The notes: generated by a model from the letters alone, not told the origin. Shown: positions 32,289 through 41,638, numbered from the stretch's first letter. The stretch: 48,646 nucleotides of DNA from an uncultured Mycoplasmatota bacterium (GCA_946486465.1 CAMLTY010000003.1:1-48646); one strand, 5' to 3'. Translations and numbers: made by a program.

Positions 32289-32933
32289 ATGGTTAAACGA
32301 TTTATTTGGGACTTGGATGGAACAATTCTAGATGGAGATTTTTCAAAAGAAGAAGAACTATTTAGGGCAAACTTAAGTGAAGAAGATTATACAAAATTTA
32401 TTAGTAAGTGGTTTGATTTACTAATGGCTTATGAAAGAAGATATCCTAAATATGATAGAAAAATGTTAAGCCATTTTCTTAGTGTAACTACAGGGGTTAA
32501 TATAAGTCCAGATTTAATAGGAAAATGGTCTAATTACATGATAAATGTTAATGAAGCCATTCATCCTGGGGTGGTAGAAGTTCTTGATTATTTAAATAAT
32601 AAAGGAATAGAGAATGTAATATATTCAAATGCATTTACTAATACTCAAGTGGGAAGAGTTAAAAAAGTAGGATTAGATTCATACTTTAAAGAAATTATAG
32701 GAGCAGAAGAATATATGAAACCAAGTAAAGAAGGCTTTCTTTATGCTTGTGGGCCTTATAAGCCTTATAAATGTGTTATGGTAGGAGATAATTATGATAA
32801 AGATATATTAGGAGCTAAGAATGCTGGGCTTAGAACAATTTACTATAGTCCTAAAGAAGATGTAAATGTTCCTCATGTAAAAAGATTAGTTAAGATAAAG
32901 GAGATGTTAGAAGATGAATATAGAAGATATTAA
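32289..32933 (+). CDS. HAD-IA family hydrolase, first gene behind the Phe T-box
   Basis: WDLDGTILD, YSNA and VGDNYDKDILGAKNAG motifs. RBS is AAGGAGGAG. The 3' end overlaps pheS by 20 nt. Confidence 0.8.
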   Translation: MVKRFIWDLDGTILDGDFSKEEELFRANLSEEDYTKFISKWFDLLMAYERRYPKYDRKMLSHFLSVTTGVNISPDLIGKWSNYMINVNEAIHPGVVEVLDYLNNKGIENVIYSNAFTNTQVGRVKKVGLDSYFKEIIGAEEYMKPSKEGFLYACGPYKPYKCVMVGDNYDKDILGAKNAGLRTIYYSPKEDVNVPHVKRLVKIKEMLEDEYRRY

Positions 32934-33963
32934 AAAAGAAATTGAAAAAGATTTAAGTAGTGTTAAAGACTTAAAGAGTCTTAATGAACTACACATTAAA
33001 TATTTAAGTAAGAAAGGTATTATTACAGAACTTAATAGTAAGATTAAAGATGTTCCTAATGATAAGAAAAAAGAGTTTGGTATGAGTGTTAACTCTTTAA
33101 GAACTTACTTTAATGAAAAATATAATGCTCTAAAAGATAAGTTTGAGACTGATGAATTAAATAAAAAACTAGAAAGTGAATCTATTGATATAAGTTTACC
33201 TAGTACAAAAGTGAGTATAGGTTCTCCTAATATTTTAGAGAAATTAATAGAAGAAGTAGAAGAAATCTTTATGTCTATGGGGTATGATGTAGTTGATGGA
33301 CCAGAGGTTGAAGAAGATAAATATAACTTTGAAATGTTAAATATACCTAAAGGACATCCTGCAAGAGATGCTCAAGATACATTTTATATTGAAGGAGAAG
33401 AGATACTACTTAGAAGTCAAACATCACCTGTTCAAGTTAGAACTATGTTAAAAGCAGAAGGTAAGAAGCCAGTTAGAGTTATTTGTCCTGGTAAGACTTA
33501 TAGAAGAGATGATGATGATGCTACTCACTCTCATCAATTTATGCAAATTGAAGGATTACTTGTTGATAAAGATATTTCTCTATCAGATTTAAAAGGTACT
33601 TTTGAAGTTGTTTTTAAGAAGTTATTTGGGGAAGATGTTGAAGTTAGATTAAGGCCAAGTTATTATCCATTTACAGAGCCTTCTGTAGAAGCAGATATTA
33701 GTTGCTTTAATTGTAAAGGAAAGGGTTGTAATATTTGTAAACATACAGGTTGGATTACCATTGTAGGAGCAGGTATGGTTCATCCAGATGTTCTTAGAAT
33801 GGGAGGATTTGATCCTAGTGTTTGGTCAGGTTTTGCCTTTGGTTTTGGAGCAGAACGTGTTGCAATGCTTAAGTATGGTATTAATGATATAAGAGTATTC
33901 TATAATACTGATTTAAGAGAAGTTAATAATTTTGATAGAGGGGAGTTAGATAACAATGATTAA
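32914..33963 (+). CDS. pheS: Phenylalanine-tRNA ligase alpha subunit
   Basis: GHPARDAQDTFY, RSQTSPVQVR, FTEPS and GAGMVHPDVL. Confidence 0.97.
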   Translation: MNIEDIKKEIEKDLSSVKDLKSLNELHIKYLSKKGIITELNSKIKDVPNDKKKEFGMSVNSLRTYFNEKYNALKDKFETDELNKKLESESIDISLPSTKVSIGSPNILEKLIEEVEEIFMSMGYDVVDGPEVEEDKYNFEMLNIPKGHPARDAQDTFYIEGEEILLRSQTSPVQVRTMLKAEGKKPVRVICPGKTYRRDDDDATHSHQFMQIEGLLVDKDISLSDLKGTFEVVFKKLFGEDVEVRLRPSYYPFTEPSVEADISCFNCKGKGCNICKHTGWITIVGAGMVHPDVLRMGGFDPSVWSGFAFGFGAERVAMLKYGINDIRVFYNTDLREVNNFDRGELDNND

Positions 33964-36322
33964 TTTAGAGTGGGTAAAAGATTATATAGATATATCTGAC
34001 CAAGATTTAGAAAAGTTAGCAGTTAAAATTACTGAAGCTGGTATTAATATTGAAAAAGTTATTACTAATAAAATAGATAATCTAGTTATTGGAAAAGTTG
34101 TATCTTGTGTTGATCATCCTGATAGTGACCATTTACATTTATGTATGGTTGATGTAGGAAAAGACGAATTACAACAAATAGTCTGTGGGGCACCTAATGT
34201 TCGTGAAGGACTTAAAGTAATAGTAGCCTTACCAGGAGCTGTGCTTCCAGGAGACTTTGCTATTAAAGCCAGTAAGATTAGAGGAGTAGAGTCTAATGGT
34301 ATGATTTGTGCTTTATATGAACTTGGTCTTGAAGAGAAGAATGATGAGACATATGCTAAAGGTATTGAAGAGTTAAAAGACAATGCCCCTGTAGGAAAAG
34401 ACCCTCTTGTTTATTTAGGGCTTGAAGATACATTATATGAGTTAGATATTCATAAACATCGTAATAATGATTGTTACTATCATATCGGCTTTGCTTATGA
34501 AATATCTGCAATATTAAATAGAAAAGTAACACTACCAGATTTATCTTATCGTGAAAATAAAGATAATATTAATAATCATTTTAAACTTGAAGTAGAAACT
34601 ACTAAGTGTCCTTATTACTTAGCGAAAATGGTTACTAATGTAGAAATTAAAGAGTCACCTGACTTTATTAAAAGAAGATTACTTTCTGTTGGTATGAGAC
34701 CAATAAATAATGTTGTAGATATATCTAATTATGTTATGTTAGAGTTTGGTCAACCCCTTCACTTCTTTGATAAAGATACTTTAGGTGATAAAATATTAGT
34801 TAGAGATGCAAAAGAAGGAGAAGAGATTACTACTTTAGATGATAAAGAAAGAGTTTTAAGAAATAGTGATATCATTATTACTGATGGAGAAAAACCTGTT
34901 TGTATCGCTGGTGTTATGGGAGGTGCTAATACAGAAGTTGAGCCTACTACTAAAAATATCTTGATAGAAGCGGCTATTTTTGATCCAGTTAGTATTAGAT
35001 ATACGGCATCTCACTTAGACCTTAGAAGTGAAGCTAGTATAAGATATGGTAAAGGACTTAGTTATGAATATACTAATTATGCTCTTGATAGAGCTTGTCA
35101 TTTACTAGAAAAATATGCTAATGCTACTATTCTATCTGGCACTGTTAAACACGATAAAATTGATAAAACTCCTAAATTAGTAGAGTTCTATCCCATAGAT
35201 GTAGATAAAATGCTAGGAATTAAAATAGATGAAGATATTATGAAACATGAACTTGAAAGATTAGACTTTCCTTATACTATTAAAGATGGTAAGTTTAAGG
35301 TAACTATCCCTAGTAGAAGACTTGATATTGAATCTAATGTTAATGATATAGCAGAAGAGATAGGTAGACTTTATGGTTATCAAAATATCAAAGGAACTCT
35401 TCCTAAGATAGAATTAAAAAGAGGAGAGTATGTAGGTGATGTTAAATATCGTAAAGCTATTTCTAAAAGACTTAGAAGTTTAGGACTTAATGAAATTAAA
35501 ACATATACTTTAGTATCACCATCTATGGCTAGTAGTTTTGATTATGAAGAAAAAGGGAAAATTACTTTGCCTAATCCTATGAGTATCGATAAGAGCGTTG
35601 TTAGAACAAGTTTAATACCATCTTTATTAAATACTTATAACTATAATAAAGCTCGTAAGGTAGAGGATATAAATATCTATGAAATTGCTAAAACTTATGA
35701 TAAATCATATAATGAAGAGTCTAAGATAGCATTTCTTATGAAAGGTAACTATGTTACTAATCCTTGGAAAGGTTCAATGAAAGTAGACTTTTACTTGATG
35801 AAAGGAATTGTTGAAAGTATTCTTGATTACTTAGGTTTTAAAAACCGTTATAGCTTTGTTAAGAGTGGTGTTAAAGACTTACATCCAGGAGTATCAGCAG
35901 ATATTCTTCTTGACCGTAAAAGAATTGGTATCATGGGTAGAGTTCATCCTAAAACTTGTAAAGACGAAGTGTATGTTTGTGAGTTATCTTTAAATGCTTT
36001 AATGACGAAAGTTAAGCCTTTAAAATATAAAGAAGCTTCAAAGTACCCAACAATAATTAAAGACGTTGCCTTCGTTGTACCTAAGTCTATGTCATCAAGT
36101 GAAGTAGAGACAGTTATTAAAAAAGCAGGAGGCAGACTACTTAGTGAAATAAATGTCTTTGATGTTTATGAAAAACTTGATAATGATAAGAAGTCTATCG
36201 CTTATAACTTAACATTTATGGATAGTAATAGAACTTTAACAGATGAAGAAGTAATGAATGTCTTTGATAATATTATTAAGAAGGTAACTACTACTTTAGA
36301 TGTAGAATTAAGAGATAAGTAA
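33956..36322 (+). CDS. pheT: Phenylalanine-tRNA ligase beta subunit
   Basis: N-terminal tRNA-binding domain (VVSCVDHPDSDHLHLCMVDVG), B3/4 and B5 regions, and a C-terminal FDX-ACB domain. Confidence 0.97.
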   Translation: MINLEWVKDYIDISDQDLEKLAVKITEAGINIEKVITNKIDNLVIGKVVSCVDHPDSDHLHLCMVDVGKDELQQIVCGAPNVREGLKVIVALPGAVLPGDFAIKASKIRGVESNGMICALYELGLEEKNDETYAKGIEELKDNAPVGKDPLVYLGLEDTLYELDIHKHRNNDCYYHIGFAYEISAILNRKVTLPDLSYRENKDNINNHFKLEVETTKCPYYLAKMVTNVEIKESPDFIKRRLLSVGMRPINNVVDISNYVMLEFGQPLHFFDKDTLGDKILVRDAKEGEEITTLDDKERVLRNSDIIITDGEKPVCIAGVMGGANTEVEPTTKNILIEAAIFDPVSIRYTASHLDLRSEASIRYGKGLSYEYTNYALDRACHLLEKYANATILSGTVKHDKIDKTPKLVEFYPIDVDKMLGIKIDEDIMKHELERLDFPYTIKDGKFKVTIPSRRLDIESNVNDIAEEIGRLYGYQNIKGTLPKIELKRGEYVGDVKYRKAISKRLRSLGLNEIKTYTLVSPSMASSFDYEEKGKITLPNPMSIDKSVVRTSLIPSLLNTYNYNKARKVEDINIYEIAKTYDKSYNEESKIAFLMKGNYVTNPWKGSMKVDFYLMKGIVESILDYLGFKNRYSFVKSGVKDLHPGVSADILLDRKRIGIMGRVHPKTCKDEVYVCELSLNALMTKVKPLKYKEASKYPTIIKDVAFVVPKSMSSSEVETVIKKAGGRLLSEINVFDVYEKLDNDKKSIAYNLTFMDSNRTLTDEEVMNVFDNIIKKVTTTLDVELRDK

Positions 36323-36334
36323 TAAAGATAAGAG

Positions 36335-36363
36335 ACTAGAGTAAAAAAAACTCTAGTTTTTTT
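36335..36363 (+). terminator. Intrinsic terminator after pheT
   Basis: ACTAGAG (36335-36341) pairs with CTCTAGT (36351-36357), followed by TTTTTTT. Confidence 0.8.
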
Positions 36364-36458
36364 GTGCAATAATTAAAAGAGCAAAAATAAAGATATCGTT
36401 AATAATATAGTAGACACAAGTATTTTTTTGTGTGAATATTAAAGAAAGGAGGGTATCT

Positions 36459-36865
36459 ATGTGTAGAGTTGGAGACATAATTGTTGTTAAAGAGTTCAAA
36501 GATAAGAATGGTATTGTTGTTCCTAGACACTCTTTTGTGGTAATTAATGATGAAGCAGGGATAATAGAGAGTTACTCATATGATTTTATTTCCAATGTTA
36601 TGTGTAGTTTTCATAGTGAAAGCCATAAGAAAAGAAAGTTAAAAATTAAAAGTAATCTAGAAATCACACCTAACAAAATCAATGGTAGAAATGTTAATAA
36701 CAAAGTGGTTATATTAGGGCAGATGACTTATTCTATTTTAAGAAAGATAAAATAGATTATAAAGTTATCGGTCGTTTAAGTGATGATATGTTAGACAAAT
36801 TAATAAAACTAGTTATAAGTTTAAATGTTGAACACAAAACAAAAGATTTAATCAATAATTTATAA
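36459..36865 (+). pseudogene. Frameshifted MazF/PemK-like (SH3-barrel toxin-like) gene
   Basis: Frame A (MCRVGDIIVVKEF...PRHSFVVINDEAG...) reads plausibly only to ~36704. Frame +2 is open from 36701 and reads GYIRADDLFYFKKDKIDYKVIGRLSDDMLDKLIKLV... to a TAA at 36863-36865. The apparent 1-nt loss is near 36705. The family call is from memory and tentative. Confidence 0.45.
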
Positions 36866-36890
36866 TTTATTAATGGAATTTAAAAATGTG

Positions 36891-36919
36891 TTGAATATTT
36901 GTTACATTAATGATAATAT
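36891..36919 (+). promoter_or_regulatory. Sigma-A-type promoter of the 36959 small ORF
   Basis: TTGAAT (36891-36896), 17 nt with TGa, then TAATAT (36914-36919). Confidence 0.55.
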
Positions 36920-36958
36920 ATAATTGTATTAAATTTTATATAAGGGAGGAAATGTTAT

Positions 36959-37135
36959 ATGTCAAAGAAAAGCATAACAAAGTTTCCTGAAGGTTTTTTT
37001 CAACAAAAAAGACCTATACTTAATGCATCAGAGGTCCTTAAAGATTTAAAACCTTTTGAATGGGAAGGTGTTATTGATTTTGATGAAGATAAAACTAAAA
37101 AAAACAAAAATAAGGTGAGGAGAAATAAAAAATAA
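36959..37135 (+). CDS. Unannotated 58-aa basic-tailed protein (MSKKSITKFPEGFFQQKRPILNASEVLKDLKPFEWEGVIDFDEDKTKKNKNKVRRNKK)
   Basis: My own translation. A strong AAGGGAGGA RBS lies 8 nt upstream and the ORF has its own promoter. It is below the track cutoff. Confidence 0.55.
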   Translation: MSKKSITKFPEGFFQQKRPILNASEVLKDLKPFEWEGVIDFDEDKTKKNKNKVRRNKK

Positions 37136-37151
37136 CATTACAAAAACATCT

Positions 37152-37180
37152 TTACATGCTAGTACCATTTATGATATAAT
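37152..37180 (+). promoter_or_regulatory. Sigma-A-type promoter of the SDR gene
   Basis: TTACAT (37152-37157), 17 nt with TGa, then TATAAT (37175-37180). Confidence 0.6.
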
Positions 37181-37298
37181 CAAAACGTATTAGATGAGGG
37201 AAACTTCATATAAACTGTAAAAAAATATCTAATTTTCTCTAAATTATTTACTTTTTTCTTTTGTTTTTCTATACTTATTTTAGAAAGGTAGTGTTTAT

Positions 37299-38180
37299 AT
37301 GAAAGATTATTTTGGTTATAAGGATAAAGTTTGTGTAGTAACAGGAGCCAGTAGTGGTATGGGTAAGGCAACAGTAGAAATGCTAGTAGATTTAGGAGCT
37401 AGTTGTTATGCTGTTGACTTAAATCCATGCGATGTTAAGGGGATTAAGGACTTTATAAAATGTGATTTATCTAAAAAAGAAGAGATAGATAACTTATTTA
37501 GTAAACTTCCAGAACATATTGACTGTTTCTTTGGAGTAGCAGGGCTTTCTGGTTCTAAAACTGATTATATGACAACATTTAACTGTAATTACACTGCTAA
37601 CTTCTATATTACAGAAGAATATTTAACTAAGAGAATGAGTAAAGGTGGTAGTATTGTCTATGTAACAAGTACTGCAGGACTTAACTGGAAAGAATTTAGA
37701 AAAGAACAGAGTAAGGTAGTAAATGCAAGTACTTGGGAAGAAATAGAGAGTATAGTAGAACCTCTTGCCAAAATATCACCTGCAACTTTTGCATACATGT
37801 ACTCTAAAAGATGTTTATCAGAGTATGCGAGTGATGCCTCTATTAAACTAGGAAAACAGGATATTAGAGTTAATAATGTAATGCCAGGTTCTACTGATAC
37901 AGGTATGAAAGATGAATTTGAAAAGATGGCTGGTGGAGAAGAAGCGCTTTTAGCAGAAACAGGTGTTGCTCATCGTCTTGCAGAATGTGAAGAAATGGCT
38001 GGACCTATTGTCTTTTTAGGGTCAAGTATGGCAAGTTTTATCTCAGGAGTTGATTTATGTGTTGATTATGCTGATAATGCTTTAAAAACACTAGGTTATA
38101 AGAAAGATAGAGAAAAGGTACCTGCTACTAATAAATTTATCCTAAAGATGGCTAAGAAAATGATGGAAAAGAATAAATAA
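37299..38180 (+). CDS. Short-chain dehydrogenase/reductase (SDR) family oxidoreductase
   Basis: TGASSGMGKA Rossmann motif, YMYSK (YxxxK), and the PGSTDT region. Confidence 0.85.
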   Translation: MKDYFGYKDKVCVVTGASSGMGKATVEMLVDLGASCYAVDLNPCDVKGIKDFIKCDLSKKEEIDNLFSKLPEHIDCFFGVAGLSGSKTDYMTTFNCNYTANFYITEEYLTKRMSKGGSIVYVTSTAGLNWKEFRKEQSKVVNASTWEEIESIVEPLAKISPATFAYMYSKRCLSEYASDASIKLGKQDIRVNNVMPGSTDTGMKDEFEKMAGGEEALLAETGVAHRLAECEEMAGPIVFLGSSMASFISGVDLCVDYADNALKTLGYKKDREKVPATNKFILKMAKKMMEKNK

Positions 38181-38211
38181 AAATGTTAGGAAACATCTCC
38201 TAACATTTTTT
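38181..38211. terminator. Bidirectional terminator between convergent genes
   Basis: AAATGTTAGGA (38181-38191) pairs with TCCTAACATTT (38198-38208), a perfect 11-bp stem with flanking A and T runs. Confidence 0.8.
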
Positions 38212-39121
38212 AAGTTGCAAGCTCACTATAAACATTTTTATCATAGTTATGTTGTTCATTTTCTAATTCATTTAACTCACTAGTAGTTATTAAGAAGAAA
38301 TTATATTCTAAGATATCACTACCATCAGTAGTAATTGGGTCATCCCAAGTTAGATCTAAATGATACCAGGCATTATCTAAATTAACAGCATTCCAAACAT
38401 GATTTTCTGATGATATTTTATAACTTTTAACCCCCATATCTTCTAAAAACAATTCCATAGTATCAGTATAACCGCCACATAAACTATAACCCTCCAAAAG
38501 AGTACCATACGCAGTATCTGATTTATATCTTACAATATTATTATCACTTCTATCCTTATCATATTTGCTATTATTAATAATATAATTATGAGCTTCCTTA
38601 ATTTTATCCTCATTACTCATAGAATTATTCCATATTTCACTTTCTACTTCTTTAACTTTCGCTTCAATTAATTTAATATCACTATTGCTATAGATATGTT
38701 CAATCTTTAAAGTAACTTTGCCATAATCATCATAACTAGTTTCTAAATGTCTAAAACTATTAAAAGGATGAACAAAGTTATTTATCGTTGATAGAACCTT
38801 TTGATTATTAGCAAGACTGTCAACATCATTTATACATGAAGAGTATTCATCAGGACAGTAAAATGAGAATTCTTCTACTCCAGAGTTTAAAACAGTGTAA
38901 TAAATATTTAATAAGTCTTGATATTCGTTAGGAGTAAAGTCATCAGTTCGTTTAACAAAATTAAAATCATAATCTCTTGTATAATCGTTAGATTCCTTTA
39001 AAGTTACATCTTTATTTTCTTTAACAAAATAAGTTCTATATAAATTATATAAAGGACGTCTAAAAGCAAAAGTAAATCCGAATAAAATAATTAAAAATAA
39101 CAAAACAATGTATTTTTTCAT
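38210..39121 (-). CDS. Membrane-anchored transglutaminase-like (cysteine protease fold) protein
   Basis: N-terminal TM anchor. LCGGYTD...NHVWNAV...YHLDLTWDD matches the Cys-His-Asp transglutaminase core. Confidence 0.75.
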   Translation of the reverse strand: MKKYIVLLFLIILFGFTFAFRRPLYNLYRTYFVKENKDVTLKESNDYTRDYDFNFVKRTDDFTPNEYQDLLNIYYTVLNSGVEEFSFYCPDEYSSCINDVDSLANNQKVLSTINNFVHPFNSFRHLETSYDDYGKVTLKIEHIYSNSDIKLIEAKVKEVESEIWNNSMSNEDKIKEAHNYIINNSKYDKDRSDNNIVRYKSDTAYGTLLEGYSLCGGYTDTMELFLEDMGVKSYKISSENHVWNAVNLDNAWYHLDLTWDDPITTDGSDILEYNFFLITTSELNELENEQHNYDKNVYSELAT

Positions 39122-39491
39122 AAAATCCTCCTATTTAATTCTAGCAAGGAAGGGAAGTTTTGTAAATCTAAAAACAAAATAAATGTTCCGGTCTATGTAA
39201 AATGTGATATATACTAATTATTAAAAGAAGGGATATTAAATAAATATAATATCAATTATACTTATTTTATACACAGTTCAAATGATATAACTTTAGAGAC
39301 TGCAAGTAATCTTTATGTCAGAGTAGAGAAGATAAAGAAAAAGTGTTTAGTGGAGAGGCACTTGCTAAACTTACATACGATGAAGTAGTAATTGAATTTA
39401 TGAAAGTATTAGAAGTAGTTCCTAATTTAGAACCTGATGATAAGTTACAATTATTAGTTTTATACTATGGTAAGAAAAAGGGGATAAAATA

Positions 39492-39514
39492 AAAAACAGG
39501 TTCGTCCTGTTTTT
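39492..39514. terminator. Terminator downstream of def
   Basis: AAAAACAGG (39492-39500) pairs with CCTGTTTTT (39506-39514). Confidence 0.7.
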
Positions 39515-40061
39515 ATATTGCTCTATATTTATCACTGTCTTTATAGGGATTCTTAGGATCTATATAATCTGTAAACATAACCCCATTTAAATGATCTATT
39601 TCGTGTTGAAAGGCAATAGCAAGTTCTTCTCTAGCACGAACTCTTATTTTATTACCTTTAGTATCATAGCCTTCTACGGTAACTCTAGCATATCTTGGAA
39701 CAATACCATCAACTTCACGGTTTACAGATAAGCATCCTTCTCCCATTTCTACATATATCTTTTCACTTGAATTGCTAATAATCTTAGGATTACAAATAAT
39801 ATAAGTATCAAACTCTTCTTCATCTACTTCATGAACAATTACTAAATATCTTTTAGGAATACCTAATTGAATTGCTGCCATACCCATACCAGGTCTTAAA
39901 TTATACTTTTCTGATAATCTTTCTATTTGACTATTAGTTAGATATTCTACCATTAAGTCTATAGTCTTTAAATCATCTTTACTTAATGGAAAAGTAACAT
40001 CTTTACTAACTAATCTTAATCTTTTATCTTTTTCATCTAATATATCTTTATTTCTTAACAT
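39513..40061 (-). CDS. def: Peptide deformylase
   Basis: GMGMAAIQLG, EGCLS and HEIDHLNG motifs. Confidence 0.95.
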   Translation of the reverse strand: MLRNKDILDEKDKRLRLVSKDVTFPLSKDDLKTIDLMVEYLTNSQIERLSEKYNLRPGMGMAAIQLGIPKRYLVIVHEVDEEEFDTYIICNPKIISNSSEKIYVEMGEGCLSVNREVDGIVPRYARVTVEGYDTKGNKIRVRAREELAIAFQHEIDHLNGVMFTDYIDPKNPYKDSDKYRAI

Positions 40062-40125
40062 CTAAATACCCCATTTCTTGCTATATTTTAACACATATCT
40101 AAAAAAAAAGAAAGGAAAACCTTTC

Positions 40126-40302
40126 TTAACGAGTAAATCTGGCACCAATTACAATAACTAATAGTATAAATAAAACTAAAATTATGGCATAGTTATTGTT
40201 GTTGTTATTGCCCCAGCCCCAACCGCAACTAGGATAAAACCATTGATTAGAGCATCCACAACTTGGGAATGAATTAAATGATCCACCACCATAATAATAC
40301 AT
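40126..40302 (-). CDS. YjcZ-like tiny TM sporulation protein (58 aa from MYYYGGGSF...)
   Basis: Gly/Cys/Trp/Asn-rich N-terminus followed by AIILVLFILLVIVIGA, as in the 'tiny_TM_bacill'/YjcZ family (from memory). ATG 40302 follows AAAAGGAGG. The listed start at 40350 lacks an RBS. Confidence 0.6.
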   Translation of the reverse strand: MYYYGGGSFNSFPSCGCSNQWFYPSCGWGWGNNNNNNYAIILVLFILLVIVIGARFTR

Positions 40303-40441
40303 AGTTAAAAACCTCCTTTTTCTATTATAAGATATGAAAAAATATGTCAAATTGTTAATGAATTTGACTAGGTGACTTTAAACTATCTTTAATTTATGGT
40401 ATTCTTAAAGAAAAAGACTAAAGATAAGGAGGGTTAGAATA

Positions 40442-41581
40442 ATGACTAAACTTAAAGATATAATTAAAAATATAGATAAACCATTATTTATTCTAACTCT
40501 AATTCTTTTTGTGTTAGGACTAGTAATGATATTCTCTGCTAGTAATGTTACATCATACATGAATGGAGGAAGTCCTTATGATTATTTCTTTAGACAAGGA
40601 TTATTTTTATTAGTTAGTTTTATCTTTTGTATAATTATGGTTAAGTTTAATACTAAGTTCTATGGCATGATGTCAAATATTCTTTTAATTGCCTTTTTAG
40701 CAATTCTTATTCTTTTACTTATTTATGGTAAAGCGACAAACTATGCTGTTAGTTGGATTCCGATTGGTCCTTTTACTTTACAACCTAGTGAATTTATTAA
40801 AGTAATTATGATAGTTTTTATGGCCAGGTTTTATGAAGTCCATGAAAAACGTTTAAATAACTTCTTTATCGCTATTATTCCTTTAATAGTTGGAGTAATT
40901 ATAACATTCTTAATTATGTTACAACCTGACTTAGGAACTGCTATTATCTTTGCAGGACTTACAGGTATAATATTTTTCTCATCTCCTGTTTCAAGCCTTA
41001 TTAAATTTAAAGTTATTGGTTTATTCTTTGGTATGTGTTTAGTAGTAGGAGCGGTACTTATTATGACAGGAGGAAGTTTTTTACAAGCAAGACAGATAGA
41101 AAGATTTAACTTTACAAGACCATGTGATAGATTACTAGATACAGGTAATCAAGTATGTAATGGTTATATTTCTATTAATAATGGTGGTCTTACTGGTGTA
41201 GGTCTTGGTAATAGTACTCAGAAGTATTTGTACTTACCATATCCTTATACAGACTTTATCTTTGCTGTTACTGTTGAAGAGTTAGGACTTGTTGTTGGAA
41301 TTATAATAATCCTTGCTTATCTATATTTACTTTACCGCATATTAAAGATAGGAAGAGATAGTTATACAAATAGAGGAGCTTTACTTTGTTATGGTGTTGC
41401 CGTCTATATCTTTTTACATGTTGTAGTCAATTTAATGGGCTTATTTGGTCTTATGCCTATGACAGGAGTACCTTTACCTTTCTTGAGTTATGGTGGTAGT
41501 TTTACTTTATGTTTAATGGTTTCTCTAGCCATAGTTCAACGTGTTAATATTGAAAATAAGCTTCGAGATAAAAAAAATTAA
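40442..41581 (+). CDS. FtsW/RodA/SpoVE (SEDS) family peptidoglycan polymerase
   Basis: Ten TM segments. Motifs are QPSEFIKV, LQPDLGTA, TDFIFAVTVEELG and PFLSYGGS. Confidence 0.9.
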   Translation: MTKLKDIIKNIDKPLFILTLILFVLGLVMIFSASNVTSYMNGGSPYDYFFRQGLFLLVSFIFCIIMVKFNTKFYGMMSNILLIAFLAILILLLIYGKATNYAVSWIPIGPFTLQPSEFIKVIMIVFMARFYEVHEKRLNNFFIAIIPLIVGVIITFLIMLQPDLGTAIIFAGLTGIIFFSSPVSSLIKFKVIGLFFGMCLVVGAVLIMTGGSFLQARQIERFNFTRPCDRLLDTGNQVCNGYISINNGGLTGVGLGNSTQKYLYLPYPYTDFIFAVTVEELGLVVGIIIILAYLYLLYRILKIGRDSYTNRGALLCYGVAVYIFLHVVVNLMGLFGLMPMTGVPLPFLSYGGSFTLCLMVSLAIVQRVNIENKLRDKKN

Positions 41582-41588
41582 AAAAGTA

Positions 41589-41605
41589 TGAATTTTGTAA
41601 ATTCA
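41589..41605. promoter_or_regulatory. Inverted repeat TGAATTT-TGT-AAATTCA (candidate operator, copy 1)
   Basis: Perfect 7-3-7 palindrome. It is related to 41621-41635 and 41673-41689. Confidence 0.35.
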
Positions 41606-41638
41606 AAGGATTTTAGGCTTCAATTTTCAAAATTCCCT

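Noticed and set aside
39316-39492. 58-codon + strand ORF (MQSREDKEKVFSGEALAKLTYDEVVIEFMKVLEVVPNLEPDDKLQLLVLYYGKKKGIK) between the transglutaminase-like gene and def
   Set aside because: There is no RBS before the ATG and no recognisable promoter. It could be a remnant of a decayed gene, but I cannot support calling it a feature.
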